Positions 20,428 to 29,742 are shown, counted from the stretch's first letter. The stretch: DNA of 64,000 nt from Minisyncoccia bacterium (GCA_041485695.1 JBGPJZ010000002.1:65499-129498), one strand, 5' to 3'. Made by a program: numbers and translations. Notes: generated from the sequence alone by a model not told the origin.

Positions 20428-21702
20428 CTAGTACTCCCGGAGCGATACCTGCGCGTCGATTTTCCTTGCCAAGTCGAGCGCGACCTGGACTGCGATGAGA
20501 AGAGCCGTGCCGCCAATCACCAGCGTTGTGACACCCGTCACGCCCTGCACGATAGAGGGCGCAACCGCAAGAAGGCCGAGAAAGACGGCGCCCGGCAAGG
20601 TGATGCGATTCACGACATTCGCGATATACGCCTGCGTCTCGGTGCCCGGCCGCACTCCTGGTACGAAGGCGCCCGACTTTTGGAGATTTTCAGCCACACG
20701 ATCGGGCTCGAAGGTAATCGAGGTGTAAAAGTATGTAAAGAGCACGACCAAAACGAAGTACGCTGCCCCATACTGCCACGGGTTTGAAAGAAAGGCCGTG
20801 TATAAAGCTGAAAACGCGACAGCTTGGGTGATGCCGAGTGCTCCAAGAGCTGACAGGGCGAATTGCGGCAAGAGGATGAATGAGAGTGCGAAGATGATTG
20901 GGATGACGCCGGCTTGGAGGAGGCGTATCGGGAGGTAGGTAGCCGCCCCTTGGCTCATAGCTGCGCCGCGCACCGCGCGCGCGTAGGCGATGGGTATCGT
21001 CCGCTCGGCATCCGACACGATGACGACAGCATAAATCATCGCGAGGCCGAGTAAAGCGAACCCGAGAAATGCCGGTATGTTCGCTATGGTTGCGGCAAAC
21101 AAGCTCTGTGAGATGCCTGAAGGAAGGCGCGCCACGATACCAGCGAAGATGACGAGCGACACGCCATTGCCAATGCCGAACTCCGTCACCAACTCACCAA
21201 GCCACATAAGGAGCAAGGATCCGGCAGTCACGAGAGCGATATTGGCGATAAGCGATACCGAAGAAAGCGGCACAAGGACGCCTTGGCTCCGAAGGAGAAA
21301 GAGGAAGGCGATGGCTTGGAGCGCGGCCAAGGGGACGGTGAGGAGGCGGCTCCAATTGATGAAGCGCGCGCGGCCAGCTTCACCCTCTTCGGTGTACGCC
21401 CGCTTCACGCCCGGGAAAATGATGGTCGCGACTTGCATCACGATAGACGCAGTGATATAGGGGCCCACCCCGAGCATGACGACCGAGAGGTGAGAGAGCC
21501 CGCCGCCCGAGAATATATTGAGGAGTCCGAAAAATTGGTTGTTTGCAAAGAAATTCTCAAGTGCGAGGCGGTTGACGCCCGGGATGGGGATATTGGCGAG
21601 GAGGCGGAAGAGCGCAAGCGCAGCTATCACAAAGAAAATGCGGCCGCGGATGGCCGAATCTGTAAATGCAAGCTTTGCTTTATGTATGAAAGCGTTAATC
21701 AT
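20428..21702 (-). CDS. secY: preprotein translocase SecY
   Basis: 424 aa, 10 TM helices, ...FSGGGLSHLSVVMLGVGPYITASIVMQ... Confidence 0.93.
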   Translation of the reverse strand: MINAFIHKAKLAFTDSAIRGRIFFVIAALALFRLLANIPIPGVNRLALENFFANNQFFGLLNIFSGGGLSHLSVVMLGVGPYITASIVMQVATIIFPGVKRAYTEEGEAGRARFINWSRLLTVPLAALQAIAFLFLLRSQGVLVPLSSVSLIANIALVTAGSLLLMWLGELVTEFGIGNGVSLVIFAGIVARLPSGISQSLFAATIANIPAFLGFALLGLAMIYAVVIVSDAERTIPIAYARAVRGAAMSQGAATYLPIRLLQAGVIPIIFALSFILLPQFALSALGALGITQAVAFSALYTAFLSNPWQYGAAYFVLVVLFTYFYTSITFEPDRVAENLQKSGAFVPGVRPGTETQAYIANVVNRITLPGAVFLGLLAVAPSIVQGVTGVTTLVIGGTALLIAVQVALDLARKIDAQVSLREY

Positions 21703-22174
21703 GAATGGGGGGACTATCGATCGGATTTTTAATGGTTCCCCCTGCTTTTTCTACCGCAGCGCGGGCACCTGTCGAGAGAGCACAGTTTTGTATCGTAAAC
21801 GCCTTAGTAAGTTCACCCACGCCGAGGATCTTCACGTGAGGCGCGCGACCATTTGCTCGGCGGACAAGACCCTTAGCAAGAAGGGTGGAGGGAGTAATCG
21901 TCTCGCCCGCTTTAAATTTCGCCTCGAGTACGAAGAGGTTCACGGGCGCGTACTCCATGCGCTCTTCTCGCACCGTATGCGAACGGTTACGTCCATGGCC
22001 GCGGCGCTTCGGGAGCTTCTTGATGAGATCCCGCATTTCGGGACGGATCTTGTGGCCCGAGCGCGCAGTCTGACCCTTGCCGCCGTGACCGGAGGTCTTG
22101 CCGCGCTTGCCGCCGCGCCCTACAGGCGCGTTGCGGTGCTTCGGATGACTAGGCGTGAGTGTATTGAGTTGCAT
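21695..22174 (-). CDS. rplO: 50S ribosomal protein L15
   Basis: MQLNTLTPSHPKHRNAPVGRGGKRGKTSGHGGKGQ... It directly follows rpsE; no L30 gene lies between them. Confidence 0.9.
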   Translation of the reverse strand: MQLNTLTPSHPKHRNAPVGRGGKRGKTSGHGGKGQTARSGHKIRPEMRDLIKKLPKRRGHGRNRSHTVREERMEYAPVNLFVLEAKFKAGETITPSTLLAKGLVRRANGRAPHVKILGVGELTKAFTIQNCALSTGARAAVEKAGGTIKNPIDSPPIHD

Positions 22175-22179
22175 AGGGG

Positions 22180-22791
22180 CTAGCGTGCTTTGAGATTCTT
22201 CAAAGCCTCGACGGTCGCGCGCGCGATGGTGAGCTTGTTCTTGGTGCGCGAATGAATTTTCGAGACGATATCGGTGACGCCACCGAAATCGAGCACGGTA
22301 CGCACTGCTGAACCGGCAACTAAGCCGCGACCCGGAGAAGGGATGAGCTCGACCACCGAGGAGGCGTATTTGGCACGCACGTCGTGCGGTATGGAGTTGT
22401 ACTTCGTACGCACGATCGTAATGAGATGCTTCTTCGCGTCCCGCGTCGCCTTATCGACCGCGAGCGCGGTGTCTGCACCCTTGCCGAGGCCGACGCCGAC
22501 GCGACCCTTGCGGTCGCCAATGACGACCACGATGCTGAAATTGAAACGGCGACCGCCGGCCATGACGCGGGCAACGCGACGCGCGTCGATGGTTACCTGG
22601 TCGAACTCGCCTCGCTCGCGCGGCGCTCGCTCGCGACCGCGGCCGCCTCCCCCCCTACCCCCTGGGCGCCCGCCGCGACCCTGCCCGCGGCCGTGACCCG
22701 CCCCACGCGCGGGTGTTACAGGAGCTACCGGCGGCGCCTCGAGAGGCGCCGCTGCAGTCGTTTCGATGACGGTACCTTCGGCGGGTTCCAT
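22180..22791 (-). CDS. rpsE: 30S ribosomal protein S5 with RGG-rich N-terminal extension
   Basis: Core ...FNFSIVVVIGDRKGRVGVGLGKGAD...VRTVLD..., preceded by ~60 aa including GHGRGQGRGGRPGGRGGGGRGRERAPRERG. Confidence 0.9.
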   Translation of the reverse strand: MEPAEGTVIETTAAAPLEAPPVAPVTPARGAGHGRGQGRGGRPGGRGGGGRGRERAPRERGEFDQVTIDARRVARVMAGGRRFNFSIVVVIGDRKGRVGVGLGKGADTALAVDKATRDAKKHLITIVRTKYNSIPHDVRAKYASSVVELIPSPGRGLVAGSAVRTVLDFGGVTDIVSKIHSRTKNKLTIARATVEALKNLKAR

Positions 22792-22793
22792 AC

Positions 22794-23144
22794 TTAAAAA
22801 GTGAGGCCTCCTTTACGCGCGGCCGTTGCAAGCGCTTTTACTTGCGCGACGTACTGGTACCCGCCACGGTCGAAGACGACCTTCGTAACCCCCGCCTCCT
22901 TGGCGCGCGCCGCGATCGCCTCCCCTACTTTCGCGGCTTGTACGGCCTGCGACGCCTTGAACTCGCGCCCGTGAGCCGAGGCAAGCGTGTGCCCAGTGTT
23001 ATCGTCGATTACCTGCGCCGAGACGAAACGATTCGACTTATAGATTACGAGGCGGGGACGCTCCTTTGTGCCCGCCACACGCGCGCGTACGCGCGCGTGT
23101 CGGCGCTGTCGCATTTCATTCTTGCCGGTAAAGCCTCGTTGCAT
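22794..23144 (-). CDS. rplR: 50S ribosomal protein L18
   Basis: ...RLVIYKSNRFVSAQVIDD...VFDRGGYQYVAQVKALATAARKGGLTF. Confidence 0.9.
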   Translation of the reverse strand: MQRGFTGKNEMRQRRHARVRARVAGTKERPRLVIYKSNRFVSAQVIDDNTGHTLASAHGREFKASQAVQAAKVGEAIAARAKEAGVTKVVFDRGGYQYVAQVKALATAARKGGLTF

Positions 23145-23147
23145 ACG

Positions 23148-23678
23148 TTAGACGGCTTTCTTGCCCTGCTTGCGGCGAATCACTTCTCCCTCGTAGCGAA
23201 TCCCTTTGCCGAGATACGGCTCTGGCTTCTTCACGGCACGCACAATCGCCGCAAATTGCCCCACTGACTCCTTGTTCGGGCTCTCAAGGGTAATCACGTT
23301 CTTCTCTGCCGTCGCGCTTACATCGGCAGGGATAGGAAGTTTCACCGGGTGCGAGAAACCAACGACGAATTGGAGGTCCTTCCCTTTCATTTCGACCTTA
23401 TAACCAACGCCCTCGAGTATCAAAACTTTCTTGTACGGGGTCAGGACTCCCTTCACCATATTGCGGACATGCGAGGCATAAGTGCCCGTCAGTGTTTTAG
23501 CGAGGTGCGAATGGTTTTTAGCTGTAATCGAGACGCCTTCAGGAGCGATTGCGATTGCAATGCCTGGGTGAACGCGCTTGGTCAAGGTCCCCTTCGGACC
23601 TTTTACGGTCAGCGTGTCCCCGGCGAAGGAGACTTCAGCCTTACCCGGCGCTATCGGCTTTTTTGCAAGACGGCTCAT
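23148..23678 (-). CDS. rplF: 50S ribosomal protein L6
   Basis: MSRLAKKPIAPGKAEVSF...KGPKGTLT...VGYKVEMKGKDL...KGIRYEGEVIRRK. Confidence 0.9.
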   Translation of the reverse strand: MSRLAKKPIAPGKAEVSFAGDTLTVKGPKGTLTKRVHPGIAIAIAPEGVSITAKNHSHLAKTLTGTYASHVRNMVKGVLTPYKKVLILEGVGYKVEMKGKDLQFVVGFSHPVKLPIPADVSATAEKNVITLESPNKESVGQFAAIVRAVKKPEPYLGKGIRYEGEVIRRKQGKKAV

Positions 23679-23704
23679 AGTCACTTGTAGCGAATCATAT
23701 CGAA

Positions 23705-24097
23705 CTACCAGATCTTAAAGAGGTCCTCGCCGCCCACCCGCACCTTGCGCGCTTCGGCGTCTGAAAGGATGCCTTTCGGCGTCGAGACGATGCGCGCGCC
23801 AGCCCCCATCTTTACCTGATGTGTCTCGCGATGCGAGACGTAGAGTCGACGGCCAGGCTTTGAGATGCGCTCGACGCCGCGAATCTTCGGGCGACCCTCT
23901 TCATCAAGAGCGAGCGTTACGGTAATCGTCTTTTTTATGTCGTCATCGACCGAGACATCTGCGACATACCCGAGCTGTTTCAGCTTCTTCGCGATGGCCT
24001 CGAGGTGGTTCGAGTGCGGGAGAGTGACCACGGACTTCTCGGCTGCCGCGGCATTCTTGAGGCGAACTATGAAATCTCCGACGCGGTCAGTAATCAT
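23705..24097 (-). CDS. rpsH: 30S ribosomal protein S8
   Basis: MITDRVGDFIVRLKNA...GILSDAEARK... Confidence 0.9.
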   Translation of the reverse strand: MITDRVGDFIVRLKNAAAAEKSVVTLPHSNHLEAIAKKLKQLGYVADVSVDDDIKKTITVTLALDEEGRPKIRGVERISKPGRRLYVSHRETHQVKMGAGARIVSTPKGILSDAEARKVRVGGEDLFKIW

Positions 24098-24100
24098 GAT

Positions 24101-24370
24101 TTACCAGGAAGCCTTTTTTACGCCCGGAATCTTGCCCTCTCGAGCAAGCTCGCGAAATTGTATGCGCGAAAGGCCGAAGGCCCGCATGTAGCCGCGAGAG
24201 CGCCCGGTCACCGCACAGCGATTCTTGATACGCACCGCCGAGGAGTTGCGAGGCAGCGCCTGAAGCCCTTCCCAGTCCCCTGCAGCCTTAAGAGCCGCGC
24301 GCTTGGCGGCGTACTTCTTGACGAGTTTTTGCTTCTTCGCAAGCCTCGCGATCTGGGACTTTTTAGCCAT
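24101..24370 (-). CDS. rpsN: 30S ribosomal protein S14 (long form)
   Basis: [20 protein letters not shown]...[27 protein letters not shown]. Confidence 0.9.
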   Translation of the reverse strand: MAKKSQIARLAKKQKLVKKYAAKRAALKAAGDWEGLQALPRNSSAVRIKNRCAVTGRSRGYMRAFGLSRIQFRELAREGKIPGVKKASW

Positions 24371-24412
24371 GAAAGTAAGAAAAATAGCCCCGAAGAGCGT
24401 GGGTAGAGATTA

Positions 24413-24961
24413 TCAGCGTTTTACCTTCTGGTCAACGAGCGGGAGGCCGAGGTGGCGGAAGAAGGCATCGGCCTCTTTTTTCGACTTTGAAGTGGTTACG
24501 ATGGTGACGGCAAGACCAAAGACGTCTTTGAGGTCTTCGTCGCTGGTCTCGGGGAAGATGGTGTGCTCGCGGATGCCGACCGTGAGGTTGCCCATATCGT
24601 CGACTGCAGAGGCCGGGATGCCGCGGAAGTCGCGCGTACGCGGGAGCGCGATATGAATCAGTTTGTCCAAAAAATCGTACATGCGGGGGCCCCTAAGCGT
24701 TACCTGGAGCCCGACCGTATCACCCTCGCGCACCTTGAAGGAGGCGATAGAGAGACGCGCCGTGCGCGGGGCGGGCTTTTGCCCGGTGATGCGCGCGAGG
24801 CGGTCGACGATAACGGCGAGCTGCTTGGGTTCGCGCTTCTTGCCTACCCCGCTCGAGACGATAACCTTGAGGACGCGAGGTGCCTGCATCGGCGAGGTGT
24901 ACTTGAAGATCTCGGCAAGAGCGAGATAGGCGGTTTGCTGGCGTTGTTTGGTAAGCATCAT
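24413..24961 (-). CDS. rplE: 50S ribosomal protein L5
   Basis: ...MQAPRVLKVIVSSGVGK...REHTIFPE... Confidence 0.9.
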   Translation of the reverse strand: MMLTKQRQQTAYLALAEIFKYTSPMQAPRVLKVIVSSGVGKKREPKQLAVIVDRLARITGQKPAPRTARLSIASFKVREGDTVGLQVTLRGPRMYDFLDKLIHIALPRTRDFRGIPASAVDDMGNLTVGIREHTIFPETSDEDLKDVFGLAVTIVTTSKSKKEADAFFRHLGLPLVDQKVKR

Positions 24962-24963
24962 AC

Positions 24964-25188
24964 TTATTTGCCGACTTTCATGACATTCGAGGCGTCGATG
25001 GGCGTCGGACGCTCGACGATATGGCCGGATTGGTTCCCTATCTTCTTGGTGTGGCGCTTCGCAATCGCGATGCCCTCAATAACGACCTTGTTCTCCTTAG
25101 GAAGGGCACGGAAAATGACCCCCGTCTTACCCTTGTCTTTGCCGGAGATGACTTTTACCTTGTCGCCCTTTTTTACGTGCATAGCCAT
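24964..25188 (-). CDS. rplX: 50S ribosomal protein L24
   Basis: [25 protein letters not shown]... is the KOW motif. Confidence 0.9.
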   Translation of the reverse strand: MAMHVKKGDKVKVISGKDKGKTGVIFRALPKENKVVIEGIAIAKRHTKKIGNQSGHIVERPTPIDASNVMKVGK

Positions 25189-25191
25189 ACG

Positions 25192-25569
25192 TTAGACGAC
25201 TTCAGGCGACAAGGCGACAATCGAGTGCCAGCCGCGCTCGCTCAACTCGCGCGGCACCGGGCCGAAGACGCGGTTGCCTTTTGGAGCCATCTCCTTGCCC
25301 TGCTTCTCGATGATGACAACGGCGTTTTCATCAAAGCGGATGTACGAGCCGTCTTTGCGGGCAAAAGGATTTTTCGTGCGTACGACGACCGCACGGTAGA
25401 CCTCCTTCTTTTTCACCGCTTTGCGCGGCTCGGCAACTTGTATAGAAATGATGACGACGTCGCCGATACCCGCATAGCGGCGCTTTGAGCCGCCAGGCAC
25501 TTTGAAAACCCGTGCGATCTTTGCGCCGGTATTATCTCCCACCATCACGAGCGATTTATCCTGCAACAT
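25192..25569 (-). CDS. rplN: 50S ribosomal protein L14
   Basis: Start taken at MLQDKSLVMVGDNTGAKIARV... (internal Met of the 174-aa ORF); ...RYAGIGDVVIISI...RFDENAVVII... Confidence 0.85.
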   Translation of the reverse strand: MLQDKSLVMVGDNTGAKIARVFKVPGGSKRRYAGIGDVVIISIQVAEPRKAVKKKEVYRAVVVRTKNPFARKDGSYIRFDENAVVIIEKQGKEMAPKGNRVFGPVPRELSERGWHSIVALSPEVV

Positions 25570-25570
25570 A

Positions 25571-25858
25571 TTATTTCGTAGGACGCGAGTCCGAAGATGC
25601 CGAGCCAGCAGGCGAGGTATTCGCGAGAGCGAAACGTTTAAGCTTCGAGATGGGGCGACATGCGACGATTGTGACCTTATCCCCCACCTGCGCCGTATTA
25701 CCCGGGTCGTGAACAAGATACTTCTTCGAGCGAACGAGAAACTTCTGGTACTTCACATTCTTGACGTACCGGTCGACGCGCACGGTCGCCGTATCTTTCA
25801 TCGCCGTCTTGACGACGACGCCAGTGAAGGTCTGCGGACGTGAAGTGGTGGGAGTCAT
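25571..25858 (-). CDS. rpsQ: 30S ribosomal protein S17
   Basis: ...FTGVVVKTAMKDTATVRVDRYVKNVKYQKF...HDPGNTAQVGDKVTIVACRPISK... Confidence 0.85.
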   Translation of the reverse strand: MTPTTSRPQTFTGVVVKTAMKDTATVRVDRYVKNVKYQKFLVRSKKYLVHDPGNTAQVGDKVTIVACRPISKLKRFALANTSPAGSASSDSRPTK

Positions 25859-25859
25859 A

Positions 25860-26096
25860 CTATTTTTTCGCAGGGTGAGAGCCCGAAGATACTGAGGCAG
25901 TAGCCGAAGTAGTGCGAACGCGCTGCTCGGTTAGTACGCGAGCGGTCGTCTTGCGCGCCTTCGTAAGCGAGTTCGTGTCCTTGGGGCGCGAGCCGGCCGC
26001 CGCAAAACGATGCTCATGCAACTCCTTGCGAGTGTCCGCAAGGGTCTTAGTGAGCTCGGTATCGCTCAAGGCCTTCATGTGAATTCGTTTTGCCAT
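25860..26096 (-). CDS. rpmC: 50S ribosomal protein L29 (C-terminal extension)
   Basis: ...LSDTELTKTLADTRKELHEHRFAAA... is the L29 helix-turn-helix core. Confidence 0.8.
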   Translation of the reverse strand: MAKRIHMKALSDTELTKTLADTRKELHEHRFAAAGSRPKDTNSLTKARKTTARVLTEQRVRTTSATASVSSGSHPAKK

Positions 26097-26098
26097 AC

Positions 26099-26530
26099 TT
26101 ATCGGTGGCGCGCAATGACCGCTGTCTTCATAGGGAGCTTCATCCCTGCTTGGCGGAGGTGCTCACGAGCTGAAGCTTCGGCAACGCCATCGAGCTCGAA
26201 GAGGACGCGGCCGGGACGCACTTCAAAGACAAAATGCTTCAAATCTCCCTTACCGCTACCCATACCCACTTCAGCTGGCTTCGCGGTAATCGGCCGGTCA
26301 GGGAAGACGCGAATCCACAGCTTGCCGCCCTTCGTCGTCGCGCGCGTGAGCACCTTGCGCGCCGCTTCGATTTGATTTGAGGTGAGGCGCGCCGGAGTCA
26401 TTGCCTTCAAGGCATAGGAACCGAAGGCTACCGTGATGCCGCGCGTATCGGGGCGGCGGAGTTTCGCCTCGCTTTTGCGCTGCGTCTGCCACTTACGGTG
26501 TTTTACTTTTTTAGGAAATAACATAAGCAA
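26099..26530 (-). CDS. rplP: 50S ribosomal protein L16
   Basis: MLFPKKVKHRK...RGITVAFGSYALKA...RLTSNQIEAARK... Confidence 0.9.
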   Translation of the reverse strand: MLMLFPKKVKHRKWQTQRKSEAKLRRPDTRGITVAFGSYALKAMTPARLTSNQIEAARKVLTRATTKGGKLWIRVFPDRPITAKPAEVGMGSGKGDLKHFVFEVRPGRVLFELDGVAEASAREHLRQAGMKLPMKTAVIARHR

Positions 26531-26531
26531 T

Positions 26532-27218
26532 TTACGCGCTCACGGTCGCCTTGCCTTTTTTATCAGCGAAAATATTCCCGCGATAGATCCACACCTTAAT
26601 GCCGATTACGCCGTACGGGAGGTACGCCTGCTCATGGGCAAAGTCAATATCAGCGCGAAAGGTCTGCAAGGGGATGCGCCCTTTACGAATCGATTCTTTG
26701 CGGCTCATCTCCGCTCCGCCAAGGCGGCCTGAAATGGTGATGCGAACGCCCTGGATGTCTTTGACCGCCATCACCTTCTCGACCGTCTGCTTGAGGACGC
26801 GGCGAAACGGCATGCGCTTCTCGAGACCTTCGGCGACCATGTAGCCCACGACTGCCGCGTCACTCTCAGGCTGGCGCACCTCGAGGATATCGATCTTTAC
26901 CGAGCGCTTGTCTTTCGGCGCTGCCTTGCGGACGACATCAGTCAATTCCTTGCGGAGCTTGGTGGCATTCTCCCCCGAACGGCCGATGACAAGCCCGGGG
27001 CGCGCGGTGTGGATGATGACGTGGAGCTCCGCCGTCGAGCGTTCGATCTCGATGTTCGCCGAGTAGGTGCCACGCAAACGCTTCTTGAGAAAGCCGCGCA
27101 CCGCCTCATCGACCTTGATGTTCTCGCGAAAGATATTCTTCGCGCTCGCGAACCAGCGGCTCTTCCAATCTCGGATGATGCCGAGGCGGTGCGCATAAGG
27201 ATGTACGATATGAGTCAT
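26532..27218 (-). CDS. rpsC: 30S ribosomal protein S3
   Basis: MTHIVHPYAHRLGIIRDWKSRWFA... KH domain ... C-terminal domain. Confidence 0.9.
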   Translation of the reverse strand: MTHIVHPYAHRLGIIRDWKSRWFASAKNIFRENIKVDEAVRGFLKKRLRGTYSANIEIERSTAELHVIIHTARPGLVIGRSGENATKLRKELTDVVRKAAPKDKRSVKIDILEVRQPESDAAVVGYMVAEGLEKRMPFRRVLKQTVEKVMAVKDIQGVRITISGRLGGAEMSRKESIRKGRIPLQTFRADIDFAHEQAYLPYGVIGIKVWIYRGNIFADKKGKATVSA

Positions 27219-27224
27219 AGAAAT

Positions 27225-27542
27225 TTACCCGAGAATGACAATCACGCGCGAGCGATGACGGCGAATCGGAGATGCACGGCCGAAGGCGCGCGGCATGAAG
27301 CGTTTGAACGTGCCTGCGCTCTCGACCGTGAAGCCTTTCACGGTGAGCTTCTCGACATCCTCCCCTTTTGCTTTTGCATTAGCAACCGCGCTCTTGATGA
27401 GCTTGGCGAGGGGTTCTGCCGCGCGCTTCGGCAAAAAGGCGAGCGCTGCAAGAGCGTCCTTAACCGACTTGCTTTTCACAAGCTCGGTCACCAAGCGCAC
27501 CTTGCGCGGGGTCTGATTGTAATTATCTAAAATAGCTTTCAT
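27225..27542 (-). CDS. rplV: 50S ribosomal protein L22
   Basis: MKAILDNYNQTPRKVRLVTELV... Confidence 0.9.
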   Translation of the reverse strand: MKAILDNYNQTPRKVRLVTELVKSKSVKDALAALAFLPKRAAEPLAKLIKSAVANAKAKGEDVEKLTVKGFTVESAGTFKRFMPRAFGRASPIRRHRSRVIVILG

Positions 27543-27548
27543 ACCGGA

Positions 27549-27908
27549 TTATTTTGCCGGGGCTTTCGTTTGCCCCTCGGTGGTTGCTGCCTTTGCAGAT
27601 TGCGCCGCAGCGATTTCAGACTCCGCCTGCTTCATCTCGAGCTCCTTCTGCATCTTGCCGCCGTGGCGTTGGAACTTCTTCGTCGGCGAAAACTCGCCCA
27701 AACGATGTCCCACCATCTCTTCAGTGACGAGAACGTCCACGAAAGCCTTGCCATTGTGGACGCCGAAGGTGAACCCGACCATTTCAGGAGCTATCTGCGA
27801 GCGGCGCGCCCACGTCTTAATAGCCTCGGTAGACGAGGGCTTCTTGCCAGCGACCTTCTTCATGAGCTTTACGTCAACGAAGGGCCCTTTCTTAAGTGAG
27901 CGCGACAT
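27549..27908 (-). CDS. rpsS: 30S ribosomal protein S19 (C-terminal extension)
   Basis: [19 protein letters not shown]...[18 protein letters not shown], plus a ~35-aa Ala/Lys/Glu tail. Confidence 0.9.
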   Translation of the reverse strand: MSRSLKKGPFVDVKLMKKVAGKKPSSTEAIKTWARRSQIAPEMVGFTFGVHNGKAFVDVLVTEEMVGHRLGEFSPTKKFQRHGGKMQKELEMKQAESEIAAAQSAKAATTEGQTKAPAK

Positions 27909-28123
27909 GAAAGTAATTAAAAATCCGCTTCCGCGGTCCCCTCTAACCTACAGGAAGCGCTGCCTGCCGTCAAATACCCTCCGATTTCAAATCGCCTCAT
28001 ATTTACTGGGCGATTTTAAAACCTTGACAGGTGGGCAAAATATTTCAATTCTCCTCACGGGCTTTTTCTTTATATAAAATCTGGTACTGTAGAGTGAGGA
28101 AATATTCATCAACGGGTGCGACG

Positions 28124-28552
28124 ATGGCTGTTCTTACCACTAGCGAGGCAGAGTTTGCCGCCGAAGAGCTCTTTGACTGGCTTATGCAGGAGGCATCCAG
28201 GCTTATCGAAGAGCATAAAAGGGCGGTGTGGAGAGATGACTTCCGCGCCAACTTCAGACCGATGGGAGCGAGCACGACATCATTAGCAAACGGTGTGGTC
28301 TCAGTCATCCACGTCCCTAAGTCACTCAAAGGTTTATTCCTCATCGAGCGCCGAGAGCGTTCCGGCACATGGTCGCCATTCGTTTCTTTCGACTTCTCGC
28401 AAGCCGATTGGGACCACCGGCCGCGTTGGCAAATCATCATTTGCTGGGAACATACGCCGGCGTTGCTGCGTCCCTCGTTTCGGGATGACCTGCGTGATCT
28501 TTGTTCGCGTATGTTCGGGTGCACGCAAATCATGTACCATGTCACCCGATAG
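28124..28552 (+). CDS. orphan hypothetical protein (142 aa) on the opposite strand, inside the rplB-rpsS junction
   Basis: MAVLTTSEAEFAAEELFDWLMQEASRLIEEHKRAVWRDDF... Balanced, non-repetitive composition. AT-rich upstream region (27909..28123). Followed by an intrinsic terminator. Confidence 0.45.
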   Translation: MAVLTTSEAEFAAEELFDWLMQEASRLIEEHKRAVWRDDFRANFRPMGASTTSLANGVVSVIHVPKSLKGLFLIERRERSGTWSPFVSFDFSQADWDHRPRWQIIICWEHTPALLRPSFRDDLRDLCSRMFGCTQIMYHVTR

Positions 28553-28559
28553 GCAAACG

Positions 28560-28602
28560 AAAGTCCCGGCAGATTACTGCCGGGACTTTTTGATTTCTAT
28601 TT
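28560..28602 (+). terminator. intrinsic terminator AGTCCCGGCAG-ATTA-CTGCCGGGACT + UUUUUGAUUUCUAUUUUUAUUU
   Basis: Perfect 11-bp stem plus a long U-tract on the plus strand, directly after the orphan ORF. Confidence 0.65.
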
Positions 28603-29445
28603 TTATTTATTCTTGCCGGTACGGCGGCGAGTGACGATGAAGACGTTGGAGTATTTTTTGGGCGTGCGGGTCTTCTGGCCCTTCCCTGTGGGCTTGCCCC
28701 ACATACTCTTCGCGCGGCGCAGGCCGCGGCCTTGCTTGCCCTCGCCGCCGCCGTGCGGGTGATCAACGGGGTTCATCGCCGAGCCGCGCACGGTCGGGCG
28801 GATGCCCATCCAGCGTGAGCGACCGGCCTTGCCGATAACGACGAGATTATATTCCTCATTCCCTACTGCGCCGACCGATGCCCAACACAGGTCGGAGACC
28901 TTGCGCACCTCGGTCGAGGGGAGCTTAAGGAGCGCGAAGCCCGCGTCGTGCGCCACAACTTCAGCATAATTGCCGGCTGAACGCGCGATGACGCCACCGG
29001 CGCCCGGCTTGAGTTCAATATTGTATACAAACGTACCGACAGGGAGCGCGCCGAGCGGCAAGCGGTTACCGAGCTTAACGGGTGCATCGGGAGAGACGGT
29101 GAACGAATCTCCTACTTTCATCCCTTTAGGGGCCGTGATGTAGCGACGCTCACCGTCTGCGTAGAGAGCGAGGGCGATGAATGCAGAACGAAATGGGTCG
29201 TACTCGATTGTCTCGACCTTCGCCGGGACATTCTTCTTATCGAAAATGAAATCGATGTCGCGCAAGCGGCGTTTATGACCGCCGCCCTGGTGGCGCGTCG
29301 TGATGCGGCCGAACGCATTGCGGCCTCCGCGGCGCTTCTTGGCACGCATAAGAGCCTTTGTTGGCTTATCGCCTGAAAGGAGCTCCTTGTAAGGGAGCGT
29401 GGTCATGAAGCGGCGGCTCTTGGTGGTTGGGCGATAGGATTTCAT
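28603..29445 (-). CDS. rplB: 50S ribosomal protein L2
   Basis: 280 aa, ...GRNAFGRITTRHQGGGHKR...GSAMNPVDHPHGGGEGK... Confidence 0.93.
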   Translation of the reverse strand: MKSYRPTTKSRRFMTTLPYKELLSGDKPTKALMRAKKRRGGRNAFGRITTRHQGGGHKRRLRDIDFIFDKKNVPAKVETIEYDPFRSAFIALALYADGERRYITAPKGMKVGDSFTVSPDAPVKLGNRLPLGALPVGTFVYNIELKPGAGGVIARSAGNYAEVVAHDAGFALLKLPSTEVRKVSDLCWASVGAVGNEEYNLVVIGKAGRSRWMGIRPTVRGSAMNPVDHPHGGGEGKQGRGLRRAKSMWGKPTGKGQKTRTPKKYSNVFIVTRRRTGKNK

Positions 29446-29454
29446 ACGAAAATA

Positions 29455-29739
29455 TTAGGCAAATTGGATAGTGTCGCCTTTCTTAAGGTAGACATAGGCC
29501 TTGCGGCGCTTCGCGCGAGTAGCGACACCCCGGCGAGAACGCTGCGAGACGCGCGCGCCAGGCAAATTCACGATGCGCACCGCCCTCGGCGTTATTTTAT
29601 AGATTTCTTTAACAGCTTTCGCAATTTCAAATTTGTTTATGCCCTTGGGTACCGCAAAGGTATAGACGCCCTTTTCGGTCAATATCAAGGCCTTTTCAGA
29701 GAACCATGGGGCGATCAGGATGTCGTGGGAGTTTTTCAT
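29455..29739 (-). CDS. rplW: 50S ribosomal protein L23
   Basis: MKNSHDILIAPWFSEKALIL...FAVPKGINKFEIAKAV... Confidence 0.9.
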   Translation of the reverse strand: MKNSHDILIAPWFSEKALILTEKGVYTFAVPKGINKFEIAKAVKEIYKITPRAVRIVNLPGARVSQRSRRGVATRAKRRKAYVYLKKGDTIQFA

Positions 29740-29742
29740 AGA

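Noticed and set aside
28045-28545. 166-aa minus-strand ORF overlapping the orphan gene
   Set aside because: Cys/Ser/Arg-rich odd composition with no RBS; the plus-strand frame has more protein-like composition and an associated terminator. Either way the junction insertion itself is real.
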